Made by a program: the position numbers and the translations under genes. Below, in pieces: positions 31,715 to 43,800 of a stretch of DNA of 64,000 bases. The stretch is from positions 95,978,001-96,042,000 of the forward strand of contig OZ076409.1 of assembly GCA_964187785.1 (NCBI GenBank), given 5' to 3'. Every line of letters begins with the position of its first letter. Position 1 is the stretch's first letter. The DNA comes from Amphiscolops sp. MND2022 (taxonomy: Eukaryota). The notes under the pieces were generated by a model. The model made no database searches. It was not told the DNA's origin and worked only from the letters and a program-made list of their open reading frames with translations.

Positions 31715-32458
31715 TGTAACGATAAGCGCTGGCGCTTGAACCGCAACGTAGAGTGGAGGAACTAGAACAGCGAATATAATCTGGGACCTAGATCTCCGCG
31801 GCCCTAGCTCATTTTCCCTCCGAAGGAGCCAGTCCCAAGGTGGGGGAACCGTCTTGTAGGACGCTCTCTGGCCTGGTCCTAGTCTGTAACTGCTAAAAGT
31901 AACAGGCATCTTGCAAGACTCAAGACCACTGCTCAACTAGCCTTTAAAAATTGGGCTGAAAATCGATGAAGGTTGAACCGTAATATTGGAGAATCTGATA
32001 AAATCGCCAAATTGGATAAACAGATGTCAAACAACAGCTCTCGAGCATATCAATTTACCACATCGAAAAATACAACAAGAAATCAAGAGTTCAGAGTCAT
32101 TTGATGAAAATTGACCTCGGGTTCCCAGCGCTAGCGCTAGTTGCCACACAGGACACCGCAGGGATACTCAGGCGAACATCTGGAACACTGGTTTCCTTTA
32201 CTGTAGTAATGGATATCTCCTAGAGATTGACACAATACCGTGTTCTGTATGCGTCTGGGACGTCTTTTTTGTCGTCTCCGGTGCTTGTTCGTCGCGAGCG
32301 GCGGTTTCTGCTTTTCTGGGGTGCTTTTTCTGGCAGGTACTTCGTCTTGAGCATGTTTGAGTGCCACGTCAAATTTGAACGAATTTTTGACAAAATTTTC
32401 TAAACATGTCGAAGTTGCAAAGTTGGTTGATATTGCTGTACCAGAGCTTGCCGTTACA
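31715..32458 (-). repeat. 3' LTR of element C
   Basis: Direct repeat of 49819-50562; weak purine tract GGGGAGTGA adjacent on -. Confidence 0.97.
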
Positions 32459-33372
32459 TCACTCCCCAGGCTCCTGGCTTGTCGTCCCTGGCAAGCGGCG
32501 TCTGGATCGTCTGGGAACTGCATCACAGTGACCGCTGGGAACCATCATCCACACATCGGGGAACAAGGACGAGTCCTTGTTTTTCGGCAACAATTTTGGT
32601 CGACTTTGCGGTTTTTTACGAAAAAAAGGGCTTACTGCCTGGCTATTCGTACAAAACATGAACGAGGTTTTAGCACCAGCTCGAGAGCTAAAGTTTTCAG
32701 CCGGTTAAAACTCGTTTGGGCAGTCAACTTATGTAAAAACTTTTTTGCGACCAAAGTCAGCTAAAATTTCTTTTCCTTACCATTTGAGACTACAAGTCTT
32801 CAGTTTATTTCAGGCGATTAAAAACTTTTTTAGAGCTTGGGGGCTCTTACGGTGAACAACCAAATTGATGAAGAACACTAGACTAGAAAGAAACGCAATC
32901 AAGAGGGATAAGACTTCTTTTGATTGTGACAACTCAAAAACACCACGAATGGTGCGCAACGAAAATGATAGTTTTTTTTTGAACAATAGTTTTCTTTTCT
33001 TTCTGCTTGGTCACTCAAGCCACTGGGGCAGGCGTACTCTATTGGCCGTACACCCAGTGCAACACTAATGGTACACTAATTATATAACCATAACTAAGAA
33101 CAAAAATTGCACTTTGTACTATAGCACCGTTCTGGATGAGAAGTTTTGAGGCACTGTTTGTTGGCAGTTTATGAGGGTATAGGGAGCGCGAACGCTCCCA
33201 TTAGCGGCTGGGTTTATTGAGCTGAACTGCGTCGGGTCCGCTTTTTAGTGGCATCATCTGAGTTTTGTTCTGGGTTATCAGTCGACACTGACGCTCGACG
33301 TCTGGGAGAAACTTCTGTGGTAACTGTTTCAGAGTCCGACGGACTTTCGGGAAGCGACAACTTGGCAATAGG

Positions 33373-36300
33373 CTACACTAGTGCTGCATTGGGAGTCAAT
33401 TCGGCAGTGTGCTCTCCGGACTGCTGCTGCGAGGACTGAGGGCTCGTTCGCGACGAGGACGGGCCAACTGGGTCTGGTTCCAAGTTATGGGTTGGAAGGT
33501 TAATAGTGATCGGTTGAGAGATTGGCCGATCCAAAGACATCGCCATCGTTGGTGCGAGCATGGTAGGCGCGAGCGCCTGTTGTCTCGCTATCTCTGCTCT
33601 ACCTTCTACCGCTAGTGCTACACGGCGTGAGATCCATCCAGATTGGCTCCAGAGCTCGCAAGCTCTCTTCCATTTAGGGAAGCTTACAATCTCCAACTCC
33701 AGACAGTACTCTTCCCATCTCGCTCGTTCTGTTGAGCCCAACACGGAATTTATCTCGTCGTGCTGGACGATGGACATGTCTCCAGACATGGTCATCTTTC
33801 CCGTAGGTTTCCATGCCGACTTCCTGGGGAATGGGATAACGCGGGATTGGAGATTCCTCTGCCTGATCTGCGCAGCGCCTTCAATCCATCCTGGGATCTG
33901 GGCTGACTCCAAGTGTTGGATTTGGCGGTTGAACACCTCTGGGGCGCGTCCAACGGGTTTTGCCCTGGGCCAACCTAACGGCTCCTTCCAATAGCGGTTT
34001 GGGAAGGCGATGCATTTGAAGCAGTATAAAGGATCTACGGGTGGACCAGCACTAGTGCTGGCGCGAATCGCCTTCCTTATGAACTCCTGACTCCAGGGGA
34101 ACCTAAAGGGGACCCCTTCCAAACTGAGAGGTGCGGAATACCAGTTCACAGGTCCATGCTCTCGGGGTAGAGGACATGCTTTCCTGGTGCGCGCGCGCAG
34201 CAAACCCATCAGGTTCTCCTCCAACTCTCTTTCGGATTTTATGGTCGTGTACCCATGCGGCACCTCACCACTCAGCACTGCATGTATTACCCTTGGATAC
34301 GCCAGTGAGGGACGGCCCCGCAGGTAGGTACTGAAGGAGACCATGTGCACTTGGACGGCTGTTGCCAATGGTTTAGTTGGGTATCGGCACACGCCCACTG
34401 CGCCAAAGATAGGGGCCAAGACAGGAGCCATTGCTGCCACAAAATCTTCTACTTCAGCCAGGGTGAGATCTGCAATCTGCTGCGGCATGGGGAATCCTGC
34501 CGTTTCCCGTGGGATCTGCTGGTCGGAGTTATGTAGGGGTTGGGATTGGTCTACGCCCACGAATAGGCCGGAGGCGAATACCAGGGTGGAGTATAGCCAG
34601 TGCTGGATTGACGCACGCATGCGCTCCAGTTGGGCGGAATAGTCTTGCTGGTCTTTGGAAGTCATCAAGTGTCCCCATCGGGTCAGGCTGCGTAGTTGTC
34701 CTTGTGCCAGGACCAAATAGCTGTAGAACACGGTGAGATCGCAGGCAATTACTATGTCGACTAACCAGGCCAGTGGTCCGGCTACAAACTTGGCTGGGCC
34801 CATCGCTAGCGCGAGCGCTAGTATTTCTCCGACGGTTGCCTCTCCAATCGTTTCTAGCAGCTTGTCCGTTTGCGTAGAGGTCAGCGAGAACTCAGAAGTC
34901 AGTACCTCTAGGTTCCATCCCAGCCCAAGACTGGTACAGAAGGCTTCCAATGGACAATTGAGCTCTCGAGCTACTTCTGCCAGGGTTCTGGTGGCAAACC
35001 TAGTCTGGTACCAATAAGCATAAGTGGTGGCTGCGGCGTCGACTTCTGCTTTCAGGTTTGTTGCTTCCGTTGCTACGATACACCGCAGCCCTACAGGCAG
35101 CTTCACGGGCTCGATTCCCGAGGCGAAGTGGATCTGAGGAATTGTTCTCTCGACGGTGCGCGCTGCAGGCCATGCACCAATTTGTTTTGTCAGGTCGGCT
35201 AATTCTGCGCGCACTGGGATTTCTTTATCTCTTCGCACTAGCCAATTATACCGGCGAACAGCCTCTCGTTCGGTTACATTAGATTCTCGGGCAATGCGGT
35301 TGCCGTCAAGGTCAGAGGCCAGTCTGCCCATCCGCATTCCATAATCATAGAGGATAGCAACGTCAATGGTTAGTTGGGCGTTTCCCGAGCGTTCTATAGC
35401 CACGAGCGCTCTAGATACGGCGGCAAAGAAGGCTGGATACGATGAAGTATCTGGGCGCAGGTCTTCTCGGTCCACGCGCAAGTTCGGTGCACAGATGGCG
35501 AATTCGACTCTGCGCGCCTTGCACACCTCCAACAGAATGTAGACGAACTGCTGCAGACTTCGTGGCCAATACATAAATCCTGGTGGGGATACAAAGAGCG
35601 CGAGCGCTCCCAGACGACCCCGAAGGATCCCTGTGGCACGTTCCATTGCACCGACCACCTCATTTACCAGGGCGGCAATGTCTCCAAGTCGTCTGACATT
35701 GGACATTATGGCGTCCAGGTCGTGCAGCAACCCTTCGCAAGCCATGTGATCCAGAAGATTGGCAAAGATCACTCGCTGTGGGGGTGGTTCCTTTTGTGAT
35801 CCTCTTAAGTTTGGATCGTATATGGCTCCAACCATCTCAGCGACCTCAGCGAAGCAAGACAGGGGCATAGTTAGCACCAGCACGTCAGGCATTAAATTGT
35901 CAATAGGGAGGTCACTTCGGCAAGTAGAATCAACTGCCATGCAGTAGCGCGCGCTGCAGAGCTGCTTTCAATAGGGGTTTCAAAGGTCTCAGGTTGCGAG
36001 CGTAGCGGGCGTTCGCCTCCCATGTCTCACCTTCTCGCAACACATACCGTGCGGGGAATTGCTCAGTGATATTGTGTTGCAGGGGCGCCATATAATCGTT
36101 GGTTGTCATAGACAGCTGCTCTCGAGCACGCTGTTCCCAAGCCTGCTCCGATATGTCTGCGTCACGGGGGCGGAGCGAACGCGTGACTTGCGCCGGTATC
36201 GTGGTCCGGTTGATCTCCTTTTGCTCCGTTTCAGTTAGAGGGGTCCTTTTCTTGATAGCGCATTGACTGGGGTAGAGATGCTCAGCCGCCATCCAAATGC

Positions 36301-37519
36301 GTTTGCTATCATTGGTGACTACTGAGCCGGATACGTCGTCAGATGGAGGGAGGAAAGCTGGAGGATGGGCTTCCTCCACCGTCTCAGGTATCTCCAGGGA
36401 CATATCTACTGGATTGGTGCCCGAGGGCACAGAGCTCACTTCCGAGCCTGCATCCGGATCTCCATACTGTTCGATCGCGTCTGCTAAAGACATTTGAGGT
36501 GCGCTTCGGCCTAGATGACCCACCCGGTACGGAGGCCTAGGGATGACCACACTCTTCAGCTGGGGCCGAGGTACATCAGCGCGCTTGTCGGGAGGGAGAC
36601 GACTAGTTGGGCTCTCGGTTACCGAGCCAGCTGGGGTAACTGAGACAGTTTGTTCGGTTAGCCGCTTTCTCCCCGCTTCTTCTCGTGTGCCAGTGGCAGC
36701 GCTTGCGCTGTTACTCGGTCCAGCGACAATTTCCATATCCATAGATGCCGTTTCGACTAGGGGCGCAGGAGGGTCACAGCCCGCGGGCTGAGCAGCAGCT
36801 TGCAGATACGTGGCTAGTCCAGGGATTCTCTGCTCCACGGCACGGACGAAACCGGTGGAGTTGGGGTAGTTCGCCACTGCTTGCAAGGCCACAATTACGG
36901 CCTGTTCGCTGGTACTCCTTCCCGTCAGCTCTGGGTTGGGTATGGGTGGTAACCGGGACCCCGAGGGCTCCCGATCAGAGACTGGTGCATTAGTAGTGGT
37001 TTGCAGTACCATGTGTGGTGCTCGATATGAGGTTCCAAAGGCAAGCGAACCGGAATAAGTTGGCGTCATTGGTACTGGATTTGGTGCTGGTGGGGGCAAT
37101 GCGGCCATCTGAGGAGGAGGCATTGTTGCTACGCTGGCAGGCACCATACACAGTGAGGCTTCTTGCTCGAATCTCGTGCCTTGGCTGGGCCGGAGCATTG
37201 TGGTAGAACGTTCATCCAGGAACTGGTGCGTCAGACCGTGGCCATCCCACGCATTGTTTTGGCAGGTTAGGGTGCGACGGTAACCGGCTACTTCCGTCAC
37301 CAGAGACACGGATACGCCCGGCAGCGTCTGCATTGTGTCTAGTTGGGTGAGTAGGGCGGCCACGCCCGCTACCGCTAACGGTGAGAGGCCGTTCCTCAAT
37401 CGCTCTTCTACGTATTGGACTTGATTAGTCCTCTGCGCTCGCGCAGGCAATTCTTGAGTCCTATTGGCGTGAGGTCCCGTCGTGGAAATAGGTACCGTGT
37501 TGTTGGGGTAATAAGCCAT
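33373..37519 (-). pseudogene. Element C ORF3 (~1380 codons; 529 aa + 855 aa ORFs joined by a frameshift near 35945)
   Basis: Both halves align with the single uninterrupted ORF3 of element A; the shift lies in a GCGCGCGC run. Confidence 0.88.
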
Positions 37520-37804
37520 TATATCATAGGTCTAAAAAGGATTACCGTTAGGCTTACCCAGTGCATTGTGGGGAGAGCTTAAGGCTCATCGCTCAGCAGC
37601 AATAGTACAAAGAGGGTTCCATAGGGGAACCGCAACAAGTTTAAATTGTAGTTCAACTAACTAATTAGAACACAAAGATAGAAGTTATCTAACGCTACGT
37701 TACCGTGTAATCATTTCATGGGATGGTTTAAAACTTCCTCCCAGGCATAACGATTATCGGGTGGGTAAATTGAATAGGGGGGCAACAAAAATGTTTTGAG
37801 TGGG

Positions 37805-40800
37805 CTACTCCAGCCCTATGTTCAGAATGGACACATACACGCGGTTATGCAGCACCACGTGAATGCCGGTGCCCTCCAGCAAATTCGTTAGGGTATGGTA
37901 TAAGTTTACCAATGAAAGGGCGGGTCGCTCTGGGTCCGGTATAGGTAGGTGGACCCTCGTGGATCTTTTCTCCATCAAACGCTGTATCAAGTGCGTCATA
38001 CAACGTAGGTAGTCGTCTGTGAGCAGCGGCGCACGCTGGTTTGCTCTGATTATTAGCAAGTGAATACTCTGATTGGGATTCGGGTTGATATCGGGAGGAA
38101 TGGTGAGAATCTCCCCCACCTTAGGACGCAAGGAGAATACATTCTCCTTGCCGCATTCTCGTAGCACGTACCGTAGGGCAGCTGAGTTGGTCTCTAGGTC
38201 AGCGGGACACGCTAACACCATATCACCTTCTACTTGAAGAAAATCAGTCACATCGTATGAGAGGTGCTCTGTTGGGGCTGGATGCAGGATTCCCGGGTAG
38301 ATAATCTCTCTCCCCGGCCCATTGTCGGCAGGCAAGCATACGCGGGGCGTACGCCCCTGGATTGCAGCCAGGTCTTGCCATACCGAGCGTGGCATCGCTC
38401 GATTATCACTGCCCGCCCTAACCCATGTGTCTAGGGTGCTCAAAACGGCTTTCGGAGGAAGCGGAATCTCGAAAGTATGAGTCCACTCATCCAGCAATCT
38501 AATGCGAGGATAATTGGGGAAACAAGTGATGATCAGCTCCAACCACCACGCGAATTTCACTTTGCCACGATACCAGTCTATGATGTGGAAGCAAAGTATC
38601 AAGTCCGCGGTAGTGAGGGTCCTCAGACCTTCCAAGCAGGACAGCAGGTGCAATGGTTCCACTATTGCCTCCACTCGTGGAGCAGTGACCAGCAACCACC
38701 AGTGCGGCGCTGGGCTGTATACTCCGCCCGGATCCACGTGAATTCCGTATTTGTCACAGAGAAGATCAGCGGTGATGCATCGGACCATTTGCACAGGCTC
38801 CCGCTCGAAGTTGAAGGGTCCAAACGCAATATTGCTGGGTACTGGGGGCATCACCGTTGCGAGGGTGAACTCTAACCCTTTTCCGTCGCTAGTCCACTCC
38901 TTAAATCGAGGACATGGGGCTTTCGCTACTCCAGGTAGTGATAACTTCTCCAGGATAGTATCCACGGGATGGTCTCCGTGTCGTTCCAGGGAGGAATAAG
39001 TCTTTTCAGCTCTCACCGTAAGGCGATGTACTAGATTTTCTCCCCGCTCTGGAGGGACTCCCCGGGCTCCAGTGGGAACCCTCCGGTTCTCATTGACGGC
39101 TAGCAAGCAAACACAGTCTCGCAGCCCACAGGTCCTGCACTTATAGCGTGGCTGCCGCCTGCTTCTCAGCTGGTATCGGGGACCCTCAGAAGTCTCGGTC
39201 GATATTACTGTTTCCGACGGCATTATTGTTGTTGTTTCTTTCTTCCTCGTTCTTGCCTTCGCTCTGACCAGCCTTTTTCGCGTTTTGGGTTGTCTCCCCC
39301 TCCCCCTTTTGAAAGAAGAAGCGGTCCCCGCTCCGGGCAATGTTGTGGGAAGTGTAGGGACATTGGACTGAGCGTCGTCATCCTCAGTGGCGGATTTCAG
39401 AGGAAGGGAAGGAGCGGCCGGCCAAATGGGATAGTTGTTGAGGAAACTCGTTAGTGATGGATTTGTCAGTAGTGGGGCCGATGTTCCCAGTAAGGAGGGC
39501 TGTTTTTCGGGAGAGGATATTCGTGGTGACGGAGAGCGCGCGCGCTCATGGTCGGAGAATAGTTGAGGCAGATGATGGGTAGGTAATGTTGATTGGTCTG
39601 AAGGGAGTTGGGGTTCGGGCTCCCTGCGATCAGCATCAACGGGATCAGGAGGTACCGGTAGCATGATTTCGGACAACTCGTCGTCAGTGCCCGAAGTTGA
39701 GTAGTCGAATTGCTGGTAGTGCATGCGGGAACCTCCAGCACGTAACTTTGTGCGCAGACGGGTATCCATCCAATGTTGCTTGCGCGAAGGCAAGGACACG
39801 TCAGATGCTTCTGAAAGTAGTTGTTCAGTTTTATATGAAGGCTGGGACTTATCGTCGTCAACTGCTTCAACAGAACGTTCAGGGTCAGGGTCCATGAGTA
39901 CCACTATTTCGCCGCTGTCCGCTTGCGCGGTGGCGAGCTCAAGGGGCCCACTATGATGAGGTTTCAGGCGCTCAAAATGAACCTATTGGCCTGTGTCCAA
40001 TACATAGACACGTCCTTCTTGAAAAACTTGCACTATTTTGTGCGGGCCACGCCAGGCGCGCATCAGTTTTGGGGAGCCTTTTTGCGGCACGTAGCGGCAA
40101 AAAACCCAGACAAGATCTCCCGGCTGGTAAGCTCGTGCTCGGATAGCACGATCATATTTCAGCTTTTGGCGCAATTGGGCTTGGTGCGTATTGCGCCGGA
40201 CCAAGTCGTGAATTTCTTGTTGGCGAGCCAACACATGATCCACGTATGCTTCATGCGTATCGAAGGACTTGGCTGCAAATTCAGGGTATAAAAAGGTGAG
40301 GGGGATTGCTTTCTCAACACCCCTTGTTAACATATAGGGCGAGAAGCCTGTAGTGGCGTGCCTGGTGGAATTATAGGCACCGATTACTTCATCTAAGCAC
40401 TGGTCCCAGTCGCGCATGCGACGTGAGCAAAAGACTCGCAACAAGGTTAAGAGGGTGCGGTTTTGCCGTTCCACCAAGCCTTGAGTTCGTGGATGTCCGG
40501 CGGTGGAGGTCACCTTAGTGACGTGAGCTGCCTTTAGGAACTCATTAGAGACTTCGGCAGTAAGGTTAGGAGCATTGTCTGATTGCATGCGAGTGGGGGT
40601 GCCGTGGCGGGCAAACCATTTCTGCAGCAGCAATCGTGAGGTGGTCACTGCGTCATAGTCATGATGACTACAAGGGACTGCCTCTGCAAATTTGGAGAAA
40701 TGGTCGATGATGACCAAAATGCCAGTGTTGTTGTTATCAGAGGGGCAGATTTTTAAGTGGTCATATTGGACCAACTCGTTGAAGTAGCCACTCTGAATGT

Positions 40801-43800
40801 TTTTCAGTTGAAATCGTACGTCGCCAGGCTTGTCACGTACTTGTTGGCAGGTGAGGCATTGGCCGACGTACCGACAGACACTGCGCCGTATGCCCGGCCA
40901 GGTGTGGCGCTCTTGAATTCGAGCTACTACCTTTGAGATACCTTGGTGTCCCATTGCGTCGTGCGCGCGGAACAGAATCTCGTGCTGGTATAGCTGAGGC
41001 ATTATGATCATGCACGGACGTTCGTGCAGTGGGCGTTGGGTGGGGGAGTATTGCACGCAAAGGACATCATTTTTGTTTATGAACAAGAGGTCCTTTTTCT
41101 GGCGGAAGTAATTACGTGCGAACTCACGCACGTTCTCGGGAAACACATCATTATCTAGGGATTCACACTGCACGAGCTTTTTCAGCGCTAGCACATGGAC
41201 ATCGCGGTTTTGGGCTAACACCAAATCCTTGATCCCATGCACGGTTTGAGTGTGTTCATGGAGCTCGGTGTCTATGTCCTTGAGGGCCATGATCGACTCG
41301 CGCACGCCACCAGGAGAGTTCTGTAGCATGGCGTTACTCGTTCCCGTCACAGAATAGATGGTGCGCGAGGGGACATTTACTGCATGTGTTGGCAGCAGGT
41401 AATCCTCACTCGCCTCAGTGGTGACGTCTATCCAGTCTTCAGGATAGTCTGGGTAGAAGTCTTCGTGTTTTTGCAGTACGGGTGGAGGCTGAGGTGGTAA
41501 AGGCGCGGCTAGCGCCTTCGCCTGTCGTTCTCGCTTGTTCGCTCGTTGCACACGGCGAAGCACACGGAGTGCTGGGTCAGGAGCCTTAGGCTCCAAGTTC
41601 TGCAGATGCGGTGGTAGGTCAGGATGATTTGGAATGATTCGACCTTGCAGGTCGAACCATGGGGCTATGGGGAGGTTGTCGAATTCCTCGGCCGAGAGGA
41701 AGTTCCAACGCTCTCCAGTAGCTGGCAGCTGCGCAAGCTGCTGTTCTCGGCATCGATAATCGTTGGTTCGTTTGCTCAAGCCATCAGCATTGCGGTGTTG
41801 CGTTCGTGGTCTGTGTTCCACACGAAAGTGATACCTGTCCAGTGTCATAATCCAACGTCCAATCAATGCTTGGTCCGTGGAGTAGGTTTTCAACCAGGAT
41901 AGGGCTTGGTTGTCGACTCTCAGGGTGAACTTTCGGGGACAAAGGTAGCTGTGGTACTTGAGGATGAAGTAGTAGGCAGCAAACATCTCCAGCTTGGGTG
42001 CCCCATATTTGGCTTGGGTGGTGGTCAGTTTCTTGCTGCCGTATATGGCCGGTCGTAGGCGTCGCTCTCCTGGAGCTCCTTACCACTGGTGTAGGATACC
42101 GGAAATGGCAACAGCGCTGGCATCTGTGTCCAGCACAAACTCTCCTTCGGAATCAGGCTGCGCGAGCGCAGTCGCCTCGATAAATGCTGTCTTGATTTCG
42201 TTGAAGGCTTTTTGTTGGTCAGGACCCCATGCAAACGTGGCATTCAGTCCCGTAACGGCGTGGAGGGGCGCCACCAGCTTGGCATGCCACGGGATGAATT
42301 CGCGATAATAATTAGCGAATCCCAGGAAACTTTGCATTTCAGTTTTGTTGCGGGGGATGTCCCAATAGCGCAGTTTGGCAACAGCTTTCGGGTCCGCTTT
42401 GACACCTTCTGCTGAGGCCACGCGTCCCAGATATTTGATTTCTGGTTTCATGAAGTCGCATTTGGCCACGCGCATCTTGAAGCCAGCTTCGCGGAGGCAT
42501 TCAAAAACCTCGCGCAAACGCGCCATGTGGTCTTCCACAGTCTCAGTTGCTATAACTATGTCGTCGATGTACGCCATGACCATGCTGCCTTTGCGATTGA
42601 CTATTTTTTGCAGCGCTCGCGCTATTGCTCGCTGGAAGGTGGCTGATGCATTGCATAAGCCAAATGGCACTCTTCGCCATTCAAAGAGTCTCAACTCACA
42701 GGCAAAGGCTGTTTTGTGGCGGTCCGCCTTTCGCAAGGGAATTTGCCAGAAAGCCCAGGCAAGATCTATGCTGGTGTAGATCGTTGCATTGCCCAGTCGC
42801 GCCAGGCTTTCATCGATACGGGGCAGGGGGTAGGCATCCTTAATGGTTACTTCATTCAGGGGTCGGAAGTCACAGCAAAAACGTAATTCCCCGCTTTTCT
42901 TTTTTACCATTACGATACCACTTGCCCATGGGGACAGTGAAGGTTGTATCATCCCTAAGGCCAATAAGCTCCGAACCTCCTGGTTGTCTCGTTCAGCCTT
43001 TTCGGGGGACATTCTGCGAGCACCTTCACGGTGCGGTACAGCCTCAGGCTCTACCTCTATGGTGTGTTTAGCAATGGTACAGCGGCCAATATCCGCCTTG
43101 CGTTTCATGAATAGGTCATCAAACTCGTTAAGAATGTTGTCTAAGGACTCGCAGGCGCTAGCGCCCCAGAGTTTCTTGACCTCTTGCAATTGAGAATCGG
43201 GCCCAGGGATTGGGGCCAATAGGTCGGGATCGGTGCGCTTGCGAATCTCGCGCTCCGAAACCCCCGCTTCACTTGGATCCGTAGCAGACAAAAACTCAAA
43301 TTCAGATGAAGAAGTTAACTCAGAAGCAGTGGATAGATTCATTTCACTGTACACTTTATAAACAAAATTTGCTCGACTGTTGTCGGCTTCAGTTTTGTGG
43401 TCAGATTCCACAGTAGCATCCAGCTTTTGGGGCACAGCCTGGTATACTAGAGACACAGGCACTACCGTGCCTAGGTGGGCACCACATCGTACACGCTGCT
43501 GGTTGCTGGTGAGGTTTACCAGGCTCACATACAGTGTTCCTGTCTCACTGACAGTGGCCACGCTGTCCTCTAAAAAGATGGTATTTTGCAATGAGGGATC
43601 AGACAACGAGGCGTTAAGCGCAACGGTCTGGAAAATTAATGGTTCAAGCGCGTTGGCGACAAGTTTGGAATTTGCCACTGTACGCTCGAAAGGCTGTAGG
43701 ACTAGGTCACTGTCCAGGGTAATGGGGGTAGTTAACGAAGCGTCACCTACCTGGGTGTGTGCATGATGCCAGACGGGCTTCACGGGTGCTCGCACCACTG

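Noticed and set aside
31577..32526. ORFs inside the element C LTRs
   Set aside because: They are duplicated only because the LTRs are; they run into flanking DNA and show no domains.
35930..35960. Two separate accessory genes or programmed frameshifting in element C
   Set aside because: Element A has one continuous frame here; the shift sits in a GC dinucleotide run, consistent with a deletion.
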